A DNA stretch of 64,000 nt from Bacteroidaceae bacterium. GTDB lineage: Bacteria > Bacteroidota > Bacteroidia > Bacteroidales > Bacteroidaceae. The stretch is from positions 26-64,025 of the forward strand of contig JAFZSP010000078.1 in the NCBI GenBank assembly GCA_017619335.1. The letters run 5' to 3'. The position numbers were made by a program, and so were the translations under genes. Under the pieces are notes generated by a model. It was not told the origin of the DNA. It was given only the letters and a program-made list of their open reading frames with translations, and did not search any database. Below are positions 1-9,282 of the stretch, in pieces; position 1 is the first letter of the stretch, and each line of letters starts with the position of its first letter.

Positions 1-84
1 TATCTGTTTATATCTCTTTGACGGTACAAAAATACGAAAATAATCCGAAAAACGGATTAACTTTATTGTGGATAATCACGAATT

Positions 85-633
85 TCAGAGCCTGAACCTT
101 CCAGCGTCGCCCTCCTGCTGCAGAAACGCCCTCCGCTCCGAGGCCGACATGTCGTACTCCCGCCGCAGCGCCAAGTACATGTTGTTCGGCGACCCCAATC
201 CGCTTCGCCGCGCCACCTCATCGAACGCCAGGTCCGTGAACCGCAGCAGGTCGTCCGCCAGCCTCATCTGATAGAGCTGCCGGAACCTCACGCCCTTCAT
301 GCCCGTCAGTATAAACACCAGCGCGCCCACCTCCTCCGTCCTCAGCCCGTGGCGGTCGGCGAACGCCTGCATGTCCGACCGCCCCGCCGACAGGTACCCG
401 AGGTAATCGTCCATGACGTTTATCCCCGTCGGCGCCGTGTTCCTTTCCACCGGCACGTACTGCCACCTCCCGTCCTCGTCGAACCGCTTCCTGAGCGTGA
501 ACGGCGTGATGTACAGCTCCTCCAGCGTGAACTGCGGTTCCCCCTTCAGCTCCCTCTTCACAATTTTGCGCCCCTCGAGGCCAAAATCCGCCGCCGTCCT
601 GTTCCTCGTCTTCCAAGAATTACCTTTTGCCAT
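85..633 (-). CDS. AraC/XylS-type helix-turn-helix domain protein (short, single C-terminal HTH)
   Basis: ORF 85..729 was trimmed to the ATG at 633..631 (MAKGNSW...) because a minus-strand TATATTTG -7 box lies at 658..665 inside the longer ORF. The C-terminal ~90 aa (FADRHGLRTEEVGALVF...FTDLAFDEVARRSGLGSPNNMYLALRREY) reads like an AraC HTH_18 domain. The gene is visibly GC-richer than its flanks. Confidence 0.6.
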   Translation of the reverse strand: MAKGNSWKTRNRTAADFGLEGRKIVKRELKGEPQFTLEELYITPFTLRKRFDEDGRWQYVPVERNTAPTGINVMDDYLGYLSAGRSDMQAFADRHGLRTEEVGALVFILTGMKGVRFRQLYQMRLADDLLRFTDLAFDEVARRSGLGSPNNMYLALRREYDMSASERRAFLQQEGDAGRFRL

Positions 634-657
634 ATCGAAATCATTTTTGTTACGCCG

Positions 658-665
658 CAAATATA
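658..665 (-). promoter_or_regulatory. Bacteroidota -7 promoter box (TATATTTG on minus strand)
   Basis: Plus-strand CAAATATA is the reverse complement of TAnnTTTG. It lies 25 nt upstream of the ATG at 633. Confidence 0.45.
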
Positions 666-732
666 CGCTTTTTTCCAAGAACCGCCAACGTTTTCCCTCA
701 GAAACATCCCAATTTTTATTCTTTTTCACGAT

Positions 733-887
733 TGAGAATATATCGCGTCACTCAATATATTCTCATTCAATACTGAGAATTTATTGAGAATTCCGTAACA
801 TTCTCATTCACGAACGAGATTTTTGCCGACTGCTTGCAATATTCTCAATCTCGAATCAGAATTTATCCGAATACGCGAAAAATTCTC
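733..887. repeat. Array of TGAGAAT/ATTCTCA heptamers (candidate operator array)
   Basis: Copies at 733-739, 759-765, 774-780, 785-791, 800-806 and 841-847, with a partial copy at 882-887. There is an 11-bp perfect inverted repeat, tgagaatatat (733-743) / atatattctca (755-765). Confidence 0.6.
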
Positions 888-971
888 TTTCGTGTAACAG
901 TAATTATCTTTGTAATCATGTGTTGTTACGTTTACGCGGAACAATAGGAACCGGCGCTGACGCCCACGGTC

Positions 972-2417
972 TTACTCTGATTTCGCCTCGCCCTGCGACT
1001 GCTGGAAACCGTTGACAAGTCCCTGTACATATTGCAGCAACTGGCGCACGACGATGATGGTCTGCTGCATCGGCTCGACAGCGTGGTCAATGATGTTGAT
1101 GCCGTACTGCACAGATTCTGGATCGAGCAGGTCAACAAGCGAGACGTAGCCGTTCTCGTCGGCGAAGTTGAAAGCGGGCATTGTCCAGTAGTCAACACCG
1201 AACTTCTGTGTGACGAGCTTCATGGGGATGGTCTGGTTCACACCTTTGCAGGTCATCTCGGCCTTGATGAGCTGGTTCAGCTGCTGCGTGTACTGATCGA
1301 TGGTTGCCTCGTCGGCGTAGTTGCGGCGGGCAGAAGCGGAGGCATGTGCCAGTTCCTGGGCTTTCCTCATGTCCGAGATGCTGAGTGTGGTGGTCAGGTC
1401 GTCGAGCAGGGTGATCTTGGCCTCGTCGAGGCTGCGGGAGGTCAGACATGCGGCCAATATATCGAAAATAGATGACATAGAATTGAACTGCGACAGGTCG
1501 AGGTTGGCCAAGCCGCCCGTGTCATCGCCCGTATCCTTGATGGCCAGGTCGAGCATCTTGCGTCCGTTCTGCTCAAAACTGAGCGACACGTTGAGCTTGT
1601 GGTTCACCCTGTCGTTGGCGATGGAGAAAGTGAGCGTGGTGGCGTCTGCTCCCTTGTTGACATTCGGCAGCTCCATGTAACTGTTCAATACTCCGCTGAC
1701 GCTCCAACTGTCGCGGCCGAACTGAGCGTATGAAGAGCCATTCAGTGGCGTCAGCTGATTCTGGAAAGAGCCTGAGTAGTTGCTCACCCATGTGCCGGTG
1801 AACCTGGTGGAGAGGTCATAGCTGAACTCTGCGGGCACAAGAATGACGAGTGCAAGCCCCTCCTGCTGACGTGCGGGCAACACCATTTTGAAACTGGTAT
1901 CTCCACCTGCTTTCAATGTTATTTTCATTGTTTGCGGATCCACACGTTGTGTCGCCGGGTTTCTGGTGTTGAGGATAATCTCAAAATCTTCGGCCTCTTC
2001 CACATCGAACCCCGTATAGTCATCATTCGCTATGAAGCGATAGTTGAACTCCGTCAGGTCAACGGTGGCATACATGGTGAATCCCATCGCGGCCAGTTCG
2101 CTTCCCTCCTCCACGGGCTTGATGCTCTGCTGGGCCTTCTGGAAGAAAGCGGAACTGATGATCTTCTCAAACTCTGGATTGTTCAGTATCTTCCAGTTGA
2201 TGTGCTGGTTGGTCAGCGAGAGAGAAGTCCAAGAGTAGAAGCTCAGGTTCTCGGCCAGGTTCTTCATCGTGGCGCGGGTATGCTCAACGAACTCCTTGCG
2301 GTTCTTCTTCGCCTGCTCCTGGGCGGGGTTGTCCTCTGAATCAGAGGTACACGATGTGAATACACTTGCGCCGCAAGCGAGGGTGGCGGCCATCACCCAT
2401 TGAATCATCCTGTTCAT
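972..2417 (-). CDS. Putative surface-exposed lipoprotein, paralog 1 (unknown function)
   Basis: 481-aa ORF. The signal peptide ends in a lipobox Cys (VFTSC) followed by an acidic stretch (TSDSEDNP). It is a tandem paralog of 2474..3904. Confidence 0.75.
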   Translation of the reverse strand: MNRMIQWVMAATLACGASVFTSCTSDSEDNPAQEQAKKNRKEFVEHTRATMKNLAENLSFYSWTSLSLTNQHINWKILNNPEFEKIISSAFFQKAQQSIKPVEEGSELAAMGFTMYATVDLTEFNYRFIANDDYTGFDVEEAEDFEIILNTRNPATQRVDPQTMKITLKAGGDTSFKMVLPARQQEGLALVILVPAEFSYDLSTRFTGTWVSNYSGSFQNQLTPLNGSSYAQFGRDSWSVSGVLNSYMELPNVNKGADATTLTFSIANDRVNHKLNVSLSFEQNGRKMLDLAIKDTGDDTGGLANLDLSQFNSMSSIFDILAACLTSRSLDEAKITLLDDLTTTLSISDMRKAQELAHASASARRNYADEATIDQYTQQLNQLIKAEMTCKGVNQTIPMKLVTQKFGVDYWTMPAFNFADENGYVSLVDLLDPESVQYGINIIDHAVEPMQQTIIVVRQLLQYVQGLVNGFQQSQGEAKSE

Positions 2418-2473
2418 TTCGTTTTTGATTAAAGGGTAAAACCTATTATATATAATAATGTGATAGAATTCGG

Positions 2474-3904
2474 TTACTCGCCCTGCGACTGCTGGAACCC
2501 ATTGACGAGACCCTGCACATATTGCAGCAACTGGCGCACGACGATGATGCTCTGCTGCATCGGCTCGGCGGCGTGGTCAATGATGTTGATGCCGTACTGC
2601 ACAGATTCTGGATCGAGCAAGTCAACAAGCGAGACGTAGCCGTTCTCGTCGGCGAAATTGAAGGCGGGCATCGTCCACCAGTCAACACCGAACTTCTGTG
2701 TGACGAGCTTCATAGGGATGGTCTGATTCACACCCTTGCAGGTCATCTCAGCCTTGATGAGCTGGTTCAACTGCTGGGTGTACTGGTCGATGGTTGCCTC
2801 GTCGGCATAGCGGCGGCGTGCGGAAGCGGAAGCACGTGCCAGTTCCAGTGCCTTTGTCATGTCGCTGATGCTGAGCGTGGTTGTCAGGTCGTCGAGCAGC
2901 GTGAGCTTGGCCTCGTCCAGAGTGCGCGTGGTCATCCAGGCTGTCAGAACGTCGAGGATGGACGACATCGAAGTGAACTTCGACAGGTCGAGGTTGGCCA
3001 GTCCGCCCTCGGCATCCCTGCTCTGCTTCATGGTCAGGTCAACCCTTTTGAGCCCGTTCTGGCTCCAACTGAATGCATATTCGCCCGTATGGTTCACACG
3101 GTCGTTGGCGATAGAGAAGCTGAGCGAGGATTCATCGTGTGTTAATGCCATCTTATTTAAATGGCTATTGACTGTTCCGCTGACGCTAAAGTTGCTGCGG
3201 CCTAACTGGGCATATTCTGAGCCTGCGAGAGGCGTAGCTTGATTCATAAAGGAACCCGTGAATGAATTTTCCCACGAACCAGTGGATTTGTTGGCGATAG
3301 CGAACTGGAATTCAGAGGGGAAGAGGAAGACGATGGCGAGGCCCGGCTGCTGAGTAGAGGCATGTAGGAATTTGATGCTCGTGTCGCCACCGGCCTTCAG
3401 GGTCAGTCTAAGGTTATGGGGTATAAACTGTTGGGTGATGGGGTTGAATCCTTTGACAATGACCTCAAATTCTTCGGCCTCCTCCACGTCGAAGCCTGTT
3501 TCTTCAGCATTCATCGTGAAGCGGTAGTTGAAATCGGTGAAGTCCACCGTGCCGTACATCTTGTAACCCATCGCAGCCAGTTCGCTGCCCTCCTCTACGG
3601 GCTTGATGCTCTGTTTCACCTTCTGCATGAAGGCGTTGAGCACGGCCTTCTCAAACTCAGGGTTGTTGAGCACGCTCTGATTGAAATTCAGGTTCAGGTT
3701 GTTGGCCGCATTCCATGACGTGAAGTTCAGGTTCTCCGCCAGGTCCTTCATCGTGGCGCGGGTATGCTCCACGAACTCCTTGCGGTTCTTCTTGGCCTGC
3801 TCCTGGGCGGGGTTGTCATCGTTGTCCGACGAGCACGATGTCAATACACTTGCGCCGTTTATGGTGAGGATGGCGGCGAGCACCCAATTGAAAAGCTTTT
3901 TCAT
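2474..3904 (-). CDS. Putative surface-exposed lipoprotein, paralog 2 (unknown function)
   Basis: 476-aa ORF with lipobox VLTSC followed by SSDNDDNP. The last 111 residues differ from paralog 1 at only 3 positions, while the core is strongly diverged. Confidence 0.75.
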   Translation of the reverse strand: MKKLFNWVLAAILTINGASVLTSCSSDNDDNPAQEQAKKNRKEFVEHTRATMKDLAENLNFTSWNAANNLNLNFNQSVLNNPEFEKAVLNAFMQKVKQSIKPVEEGSELAAMGYKMYGTVDFTDFNYRFTMNAEETGFDVEEAEEFEVIVKGFNPITQQFIPHNLRLTLKAGGDTSIKFLHASTQQPGLAIVFLFPSEFQFAIANKSTGSWENSFTGSFMNQATPLAGSEYAQLGRSNFSVSGTVNSHLNKMALTHDESSLSFSIANDRVNHTGEYAFSWSQNGLKRVDLTMKQSRDAEGGLANLDLSKFTSMSSILDVLTAWMTTRTLDEAKLTLLDDLTTTLSISDMTKALELARASASARRRYADEATIDQYTQQLNQLIKAEMTCKGVNQTIPMKLVTQKFGVDWWTMPAFNFADENGYVSLVDLLDPESVQYGINIIDHAAEPMQQSIIVVRQLLQYVQGLVNGFQQSQGE

Positions 3905-3921
3905 AATTGCTTTCCTTTTTT

Positions 3922-4560
3922 TTATCCAATATACTGCATGATGATGTCAGCCATTTCCTCCTCGGTCTTGCCATCGGCAGAGATGACGAGCTGGTAGTTG
4001 CGGGTGTCATAGCGCGAGGTGCCGGTGTACTTCTTCACGTAGTTCTCGCGCATTTTGTCCACGCGTTCGATGGTCTTGCGGGCCTCGTCCTCGGTCATGT
4101 TCTGCTTGCGGGCCACGCGTTCCACGCGGTAGTCCATCGAGGCCTGAATGAGAATGCTCAGGTGGTTGGGATGGTCGCGGAACACGTGGAAACCGCTGCG
4201 ACCGGCCACGACGCACGACTTCTCCTCGGCAATGCTTTTCAGAATCTCAGTTTCAGTTTTGAACATCTCGTCGGTGGTCAGCAGGTCGGGTTCGTCGCCC
4301 TTCTGCGGCAGGTAGTAGTTCATACCTATGCCTGAGTCTATCTTCAGTATGCGCTCCACGTCAGCCCACCAACTGTGCTTGCGGCCCTTCAGCCGTTCAA
4401 TCTCTGCGGTGGTGAGGTTATACTTCTCCTGCAGGGCCTTGATGACGGCCTTGTCGTAGAAAGGCACGCCTAACTTCTCTGACAACAGGCGGCCAACGGT
4501 ACGTCCGCCGCTTCCTAATTCACGGTTAATCGTGATTACAAATTTCTTGTCCAGGTTCAT
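3922..4560 (-). CDS. Cytidylate kinase-like family protein
   Basis: Start placed at MNLDKKFVITINRELGSGGRTVG (P-loop-like GSGGR). The length (~212 aa) and sequence style match the cytidylate-kinase-like (AAA_18/Cytidylate_kin2) family. The longer ORF-track start at 4629 runs into the promoter repeat. Confidence 0.6.
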   Translation of the reverse strand: MNLDKKFVITINRELGSGGRTVGRLLSEKLGVPFYDKAVIKALQEKYNLTTAEIERLKGRKHSWWADVERILKIDSGIGMNYYLPQKGDEPDLLTTDEMFKTETEILKSIAEEKSCVVAGRSGFHVFRDHPNHLSILIQASMDYRVERVARKQNMTEDEARKTIERVDKMRENYVKKYTGTSRYDTRNYQLVISADGKTEEEMADIIMQYIG

Positions 4561-4667
4561 ACTATTATTTATGTTAAATGAGTGAACGCGTAATGGCTTT
4601 GTTGTATTTATCTTCAAAATACGGCGCAAATATCGTAAAAAGGATTAAATGAGAAAAGGTTTTTCTG
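4514..4667. repeat. Direct repeat copy 1 (promoter region + 5' end of cytidylate-kinase-like gene)
   Basis: 4535..4667 is identical to 13015..13147 (133 bp, offset 8480). Imperfect similarity extends to 4514 and beyond 4667. Confidence 0.9.
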
Positions 4668-4710
4668 GAAAAAATGCAGGCAAAGGGTGCAAAAAGGTGA
4701 TTTTTACTGA

Positions 4711-5841
4711 TTATAATGTGATGACGTAAGGATTCGGCTTGCCTGTCAGACCGAACTGGCGGTCTGGTTGATCGGCCTCCAAGCTGTAGCGCCGCAACTC
4801 CATCATGTCGTAGTGGCCGTTGCCATTGGTGTCGGTGAAAGTAATGACTGAGGCGCGTCCCAGTTTCAGATAGCCGGCATTGGCGTAGGTGAAGTTAAGC
4901 GGACAACGCACCACACCGGTGATGCTGTCGCCCTGAATATCGATGCTGTCGCCTGCGGTCAGCAGATAGCTATACTGGTCAAGGCTGTCACCATGTTCCT
5001 CCAGCGTGTGATTATGTCCCCAGAGCACCAGCACGTCGTGGGTCTGAGCAGCGGCGGTCAGAGCCTTGTACCATGTCATGGCTCCAACATTGTCGCCACG
5101 GGTGGCGTGCAGGGGCACGTGGCTCATCACCACGATAGGGTCGCTGTCGGCAATTGCGGTCACCCACTGGGTAAAGCTGCGTGCAGCCGACTCTGCCGAG
5201 ATGCCATAGCGGTCGGCCTGATCGATACCGTTGTAGCCCATCTGCTTCGGTGCTCCGCCTCCAGGGGGAGGCGGTGGTGCGAGGCTGTCGCCCTGTTCAG
5301 GCTGTGGTGGACGGATGCTGTCGTTCTGCTCTTCTGGATGTTCCTGATAGTAACGGATGGCTGCGGTGGTAGCCGAATCGGTGTCGTACACCATCTGTAC
5401 GTAGCTGATGCCGTAGGTGTAGTAGCCGTCGCTGCGACGTGGTCCGCTGTAGAAGGCATCGTAGCCCTCGGCGCAGTTGTTGTCGTGCGAGCCGTATGTC
5501 ATCATCACCCGGGTGTTGAGCGGATTAACTATCGCATATACCTCATCGTAAATGTCTCTGATGGAGAATCCCGGGGTCATATCGCTCATGCCGCCCACGT
5601 AGTCGCCACCTAGCAACACGGTCTGCGGACGGATGCCTCTGCCAGCCACGGCCCGCGCCAGCATCGCCGTCAGGTTATTGCCTTTGCCCGTCTCGTGGCG
5701 GTCGGTTGCCACGAAGAGCGTTGTGCTGTAGCCCGCGCTGCCGCCACTCGGATTATCTGTATTGTCCGTACAGGAGGTCATCCACGACATGCCGCAGAAA
5801 GTCAGGATGGCGGCAAGCATCCAATTAAAAATCTTTCTCAT
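4711..5841 (-). CDS. Calcineurin-like metallophosphoesterase lipoprotein
   Basis: Lipobox MTSC followed by TDNTDNP. Metallophosphoesterase motifs are read by eye: DRH, GGDYVGG, GSHDN and WGHNH. There is a Pro/Gly-rich insert (APPPPPGGGAP). Confidence 0.7.
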   Translation of the reverse strand: MRKIFNWMLAAILTFCGMSWMTSCTDNTDNPSGGSAGYSTTLFVATDRHETGKGNNLTAMLARAVAGRGIRPQTVLLGGDYVGGMSDMTPGFSIRDIYDEVYAIVNPLNTRVMMTYGSHDNNCAEGYDAFYSGPRRSDGYYTYGISYVQMVYDTDSATTAAIRYYQEHPEEQNDSIRPPQPEQGDSLAPPPPPGGGAPKQMGYNGIDQADRYGISAESAARSFTQWVTAIADSDPIVVMSHVPLHATRGDNVGAMTWYKALTAAAQTHDVLVLWGHNHTLEEHGDSLDQYSYLLTAGDSIDIQGDSITGVVRCPLNFTYANAGYLKLGRASVITFTDTNGNGHYDMMELRRYSLEADQPDRQFGLTGKPNPYVITL

Positions 5842-5865
5842 AGTCTGTTATTTATATGATCAGTT

Positions 5866-6459
5866 TCACTCGGAAGCCTCGCTTGGGGGAAACACTTGAT
5901 TGATGAGTTTTTCAAACTCCTTGTAGGCGAAGGTGTCGCGGAGTTCACTGAGCGCATCGGCCAGTCCCCGGTAGTGCCACTCGTGGTCTTTGGGGTCTTT
6001 GGCGTGGAAGAGGTTCCACAGGGCATCGCCCTGCTGGGCATAGTCGCGGGCGATGGCACGCATATTCGAGAGCTTGTCTCCGAGAGCAACTATCTTGGCG
6101 TCGTGGGAAGCACGGGTCAGACGATCAATGGCAGCCTGCTTGCGGGCGTGCCAACTGTCCTCGGCGGTTAAACCGTCAAGCACGATGTCGCTCTCCGAGG
6201 CCACGAGCGAGGCGATGCGGTTGCCGAATTCTTCACGTATCTGCTCCACTGTCGTATCTGTGTCCTCCACGGTGTCGTGCAGGGCTGCGGCGGCCAGCAG
6301 TTCCTGGTCGCGGGTCATCGTGGCCACGATTTCCACAGCTTCCATCGGATGGACGATATAGGGAAAACCCTTGCCTCGGCGCTCTGTCCCGGCATGGGCG
6401 CGAACCGCAAAGATGATGGCGCGGTCCAACAGTGTGGTGTCTAAGGGTCGGTTTGCCAT
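5866..6459 (-). CDS. HD-domain (p)ppGpp-hydrolase-like protein (small alarmone hydrolase, Mesh1/SpoT-hydrolase type)
   Basis: 197 aa. AHAGTERRGKGFPYIVHPMEAVEIV ... AALHDTVEDT matches the RelA/SpoT hydrolase HD signature. No synthetase or regulatory domains are present. Confidence 0.8.
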   Translation of the reverse strand: MANRPLDTTLLDRAIIFAVRAHAGTERRGKGFPYIVHPMEAVEIVATMTRDQELLAAAALHDTVEDTDTTVEQIREEFGNRIASLVASESDIVLDGLTAEDSWHARKQAAIDRLTRASHDAKIVALGDKLSNMRAIARDYAQQGDALWNLFHAKDPKDHEWHYRGLADALSELRDTFAYKEFEKLINQVFPPSEASE

Positions 6460-6460
6460 T

Positions 6461-7339
6461 CTATTCCAAATATTTCTCCTTCAACTGTTGTTGCTCTTTC
6501 TTCGAGAAACCCAACTGATTCTCTATGTACCCTGACAATGAGCCATACTTCTGGTCAATCAGGTAGAGCGCTGCCTCGAAGTTCTCGCGGCTCACGCCGA
6601 CCATAGCACGAATAAAGGCAATGGCCTCCTCTGAACCGTCTTTTCCTTGGACTTTGGCTGTCAATGCTTCCACCTGACGGGCGTAACTCTGGTTGGAGAG
6701 GTCGAAGTCCTCAACGATGGTCTCACGGCTGGCACCGAGGGCTGCCAGGAGGAAGGTCGATGCCCATCCGGCACGGTCCTTGCCCTGTGAACAGTGCCAG
6801 AGCACACCGCCCTTGGCATTCAACACACCACGAAGGAACTCGCCGTAATACTGCTGCGCCGTAGAGTCGGTTACGATAGCTGGATAGAGTTGTCGGGCCA
6901 TAGTCTGCGCCTTGGGGTCGAAGGCATACTTCATCAGCACGGCCAGCATGTCCCGCGTGTCCATATTGGTTGTGTCTGCTCGGCTGGAGGAGAATCCCTG
7001 AATGAATGCCTGAGGCAAAGTTGAGAGGTGGGTGTAGCTCACCCCGTCAATGATACGGTCGGGGGCTGCATTGGCCTCGGCCTCGAAACGGAAGTCGAAC
7101 ACGTCAGTCAGATGATACTTCTCCTTCAGTAGAGCCACGTCGCTGTCGGTAGCCTTCGAGAGGTTTCCGCTGCGGACAAGCATTCCCGTGCGTATCACCT
7201 TTCCATCCTTCATGACGAGACTGCCCATGTCGCGTGCATTCTCAATCTCTTCATAGGCGATGGCACGTTGCGAATTTGCTACTTGTGCAGAGAATAACAT
7301 CATGACTATCAATAGAATAAAGGATTGCTTTGTCGTCAT
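6461..7339 (-). CDS. Secreted protein-tyrosine/dual-specificity phosphatase family protein (CX5R)
   Basis: N-terminal signal peptide. Active-site loop HCSQGKDRAG (C-X5-R). A 4-bp overlap with the upstream gene and a 1-nt gap to the downstream gene indicate an operon. Confidence 0.75.
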   Translation of the reverse strand: MTTKQSFILLIVMMLFSAQVANSQRAIAYEEIENARDMGSLVMKDGKVIRTGMLVRSGNLSKATDSDVALLKEKYHLTDVFDFRFEAEANAAPDRIIDGVSYTHLSTLPQAFIQGFSSSRADTTNMDTRDMLAVLMKYAFDPKAQTMARQLYPAIVTDSTAQQYYGEFLRGVLNAKGGVLWHCSQGKDRAGWASTFLLAALGASRETIVEDFDLSNQSYARQVEALTAKVQGKDGSEEAIAFIRAMVGVSRENFEAALYLIDQKYGSLSGYIENQLGFSKKEQQQLKEKYLE

Positions 7340-8181
7340 CTTGGTAAGGCATTGTCTAATCGTTGAATAATAAACTCACTCATGGGCCGCTTGCCATCAG
7401 TGAGTTTGCTCACAAAGAAGGTCATCTTGAGAAAGACGAAAGGCTGCAGTTTTTGCACCTCTGCATCCAGCGCTTCTTGAGAGTCGGTGCCATAATAGGC
7501 CTTAGCAAAAGCTGCCCAGTGGGCTCTCAGCGTCGCATTGTCCAGATGGAAGATGTTGTCGGCACGTTCTGCACTCAAGAAGTTTGCCGAATAGTACATC
7601 ATGCCCAAGTCCCATTCGGGCACGCCGTAAGCAAAGTCGCCTACGTCTATCCAAAGGTCGCGCTGTCCGTCGGTGATGATATTGCCGATGTGCAGGTCGC
7701 CATGCAGACAGGTGGGCGTAGAGGGAACGGTGTTCATAAAACGATTGATGCGCGCCCTGAGTTCGTCAGTAAGATTAGAAATCTTATCAATCCATTGCAT
7801 CACAAGCTCTTTCATATCTGGCAGTCGTGTCGTATCAGCAGGAGTTTGGTGTATCTGCTTGGCCAGCACGGCGAAACGCTCAGACAGCGGCACCAACTTG
7901 TCGGGCTCCTGCGAGATGATGCGGGTGAACGAGCGTTTGTGCTGAATCAGTTCATACTCGGCGCCGAAACGCTCGCCGTCGGTAACCAGACGGATGGGCT
8001 TCGGTGTGGGCAGTCCGCTCTCGTAGACTATCTGGCTGATGCGGAACTCGCGAATAGCATTGTCGGCAGTCACGCTGGGCATGAAGAGTTTGGCCAGCGT
8101 CTTGCCGTCCTTGTGGTTATAGGAAAGGGCTGTTCCGCCCTCGCCAGTCTGGATATAATCATCCAAATTAATGCTTTCCAT
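7336..8181 (-). CDS. Aminoglycoside-phosphotransferase-like (APH/choline-kinase fold) kinase
   Basis: Brenner-type catalytic motif LHGDLHIGN followed by the DVGDF (DxG) motif. 281 aa. Confidence 0.7.
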   Translation of the reverse strand: MESINLDDYIQTGEGGTALSYNHKDGKTLAKLFMPSVTADNAIREFRISQIVYESGLPTPKPIRLVTDGERFGAEYELIQHKRSFTRIISQEPDKLVPLSERFAVLAKQIHQTPADTTRLPDMKELVMQWIDKISNLTDELRARINRFMNTVPSTPTCLHGDLHIGNIITDGQRDLWIDVGDFAYGVPEWDLGMMYYSANFLSAERADNIFHLDNATLRAHWAAFAKAYYGTDSQEALDAEVQKLQPFVFLKMTFFVSKLTDGKRPMSEFIIQRLDNALPR

Positions 8182-8207
8182 ACTATTATTATGAAAATAG
8201 GGGTTCT

Positions 8208-9278
8208 TTATCTTTTTTTCTGCATAAACGGCAGCGTCTTAGCCTGCTCCATCATCATATCTGCCACGATACCGTTGGCATCACTTTCTCCATTAATGAG
8301 GTCGTAGAGCGACTTCAGGCCATCGCGTCCTCCGTCGTGCTTCAGCACATAGACCAGGCAGAGATACTGGAGAGCTGTGTTTGAAGAGAGGATGTCAAGG
8401 TCGGTGATGGCCAGTTGAGAAAGTGCCAACTGATAGGCATCTTCGCTGTTCTCGTCGATGAAGTGCTGCACCTGTCCGAGCGTCTCCATCCCGAATGACT
8501 CCAAAACCGGCAGATAAGACATCACCGATACAGGCCATATCTCGGCCTGATTGACGGCAGCGATACGCTTATTCAAACGGTCAAAGGGGTGCAGGTCAAG
8601 ATAGTTGCGGAACGAGTCACGCGAGAGTGGAACATCGTCAAGCTTGCCGCTCTTTACCAGTGCCAGTGTCTGGCGGCGGTAGTCGGTGAGAACTGTACGC
8701 AGGCGGCTGAACTCATCGTCCATCAGTTCCATCATGCCAGCCAGACGGTTGAACTGCCGCAGATAGACGTCAGGAATCTTCACATCGCCCTTGTAACCCG
8801 TGTCGTGTTCAATCGTGGACCACACATGCTGCAGAGCTGTACGCATCTGCAGTTCGAAGCGTGGACCACCGGTTTTTAGTCGGCAGATATAGTGCAGGGA
8901 GTTGTAGCCGAAGGAGTCCAGCTTGTGCAGTTTACGCTTATCGACGCTCTCTTGCCAGTCGATGTCGAAGATTCGTTTGGCGATGGCCGCCACCTTATCG
9001 ACCTCGTCGGTATAGAAAGTGATGACGCGCAAGCCCACGAGGTCGGTGATATCATCTATACTCTTGTATTTCGCACCCTTCAGCTCCAGTTTTCCCGTGA
9101 GCGACTTCTCGGTCTTCACCCGATGCTCCATGGCCGTGATATAGATACCCTGTTCGAGCAGAGCATGGCGCAGTTGGCTGCTGGCGTCATCAGCCAACTG
9201 CTGTAGCGTAGGGAGCAGTTCGCGGTACTGCCTTAGCAGCATCTCGCCGTGCGCATCCAATCTAACTTGATTATCCAT
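8208..9278 (-). CDS. RelA/SpoT-domain small alarmone synthetase with long C-terminal extension
   Basis: Synthetase motifs DLVGLRVITFY, GYNSLHYICRL and ELQMRTALQHVWSTIEHDTGYK lie in the first ~180 aa. The remaining ~170 aa has no motif I recognise. Confidence 0.8.
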   Translation of the reverse strand: MDNQVRLDAHGEMLLRQYRELLPTLQQLADDASSQLRHALLEQGIYITAMEHRVKTEKSLTGKLELKGAKYKSIDDITDLVGLRVITFYTDEVDKVAAIAKRIFDIDWQESVDKRKLHKLDSFGYNSLHYICRLKTGGPRFELQMRTALQHVWSTIEHDTGYKGDVKIPDVYLRQFNRLAGMMELMDDEFSRLRTVLTDYRRQTLALVKSGKLDDVPLSRDSFRNYLDLHPFDRLNKRIAAVNQAEIWPVSVMSYLPVLESFGMETLGQVQHFIDENSEDAYQLALSQLAITDLDILSSNTALQYLCLVYVLKHDGGRDGLKSLYDLINGESDANGIVADMMMEQAKTLPFMQKKR

Positions 9279-9282
9279 CTAC

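Noticed and set aside
218-735. ORFs 218..616 (minus), 349..735 (plus) and 413..787 (plus) overlapping the AraC-type gene
   Set aside because: These are alternative frames of a GC-rich gene. Only the 85..633 frame shows an HTH-like sequence and a properly placed promoter box.
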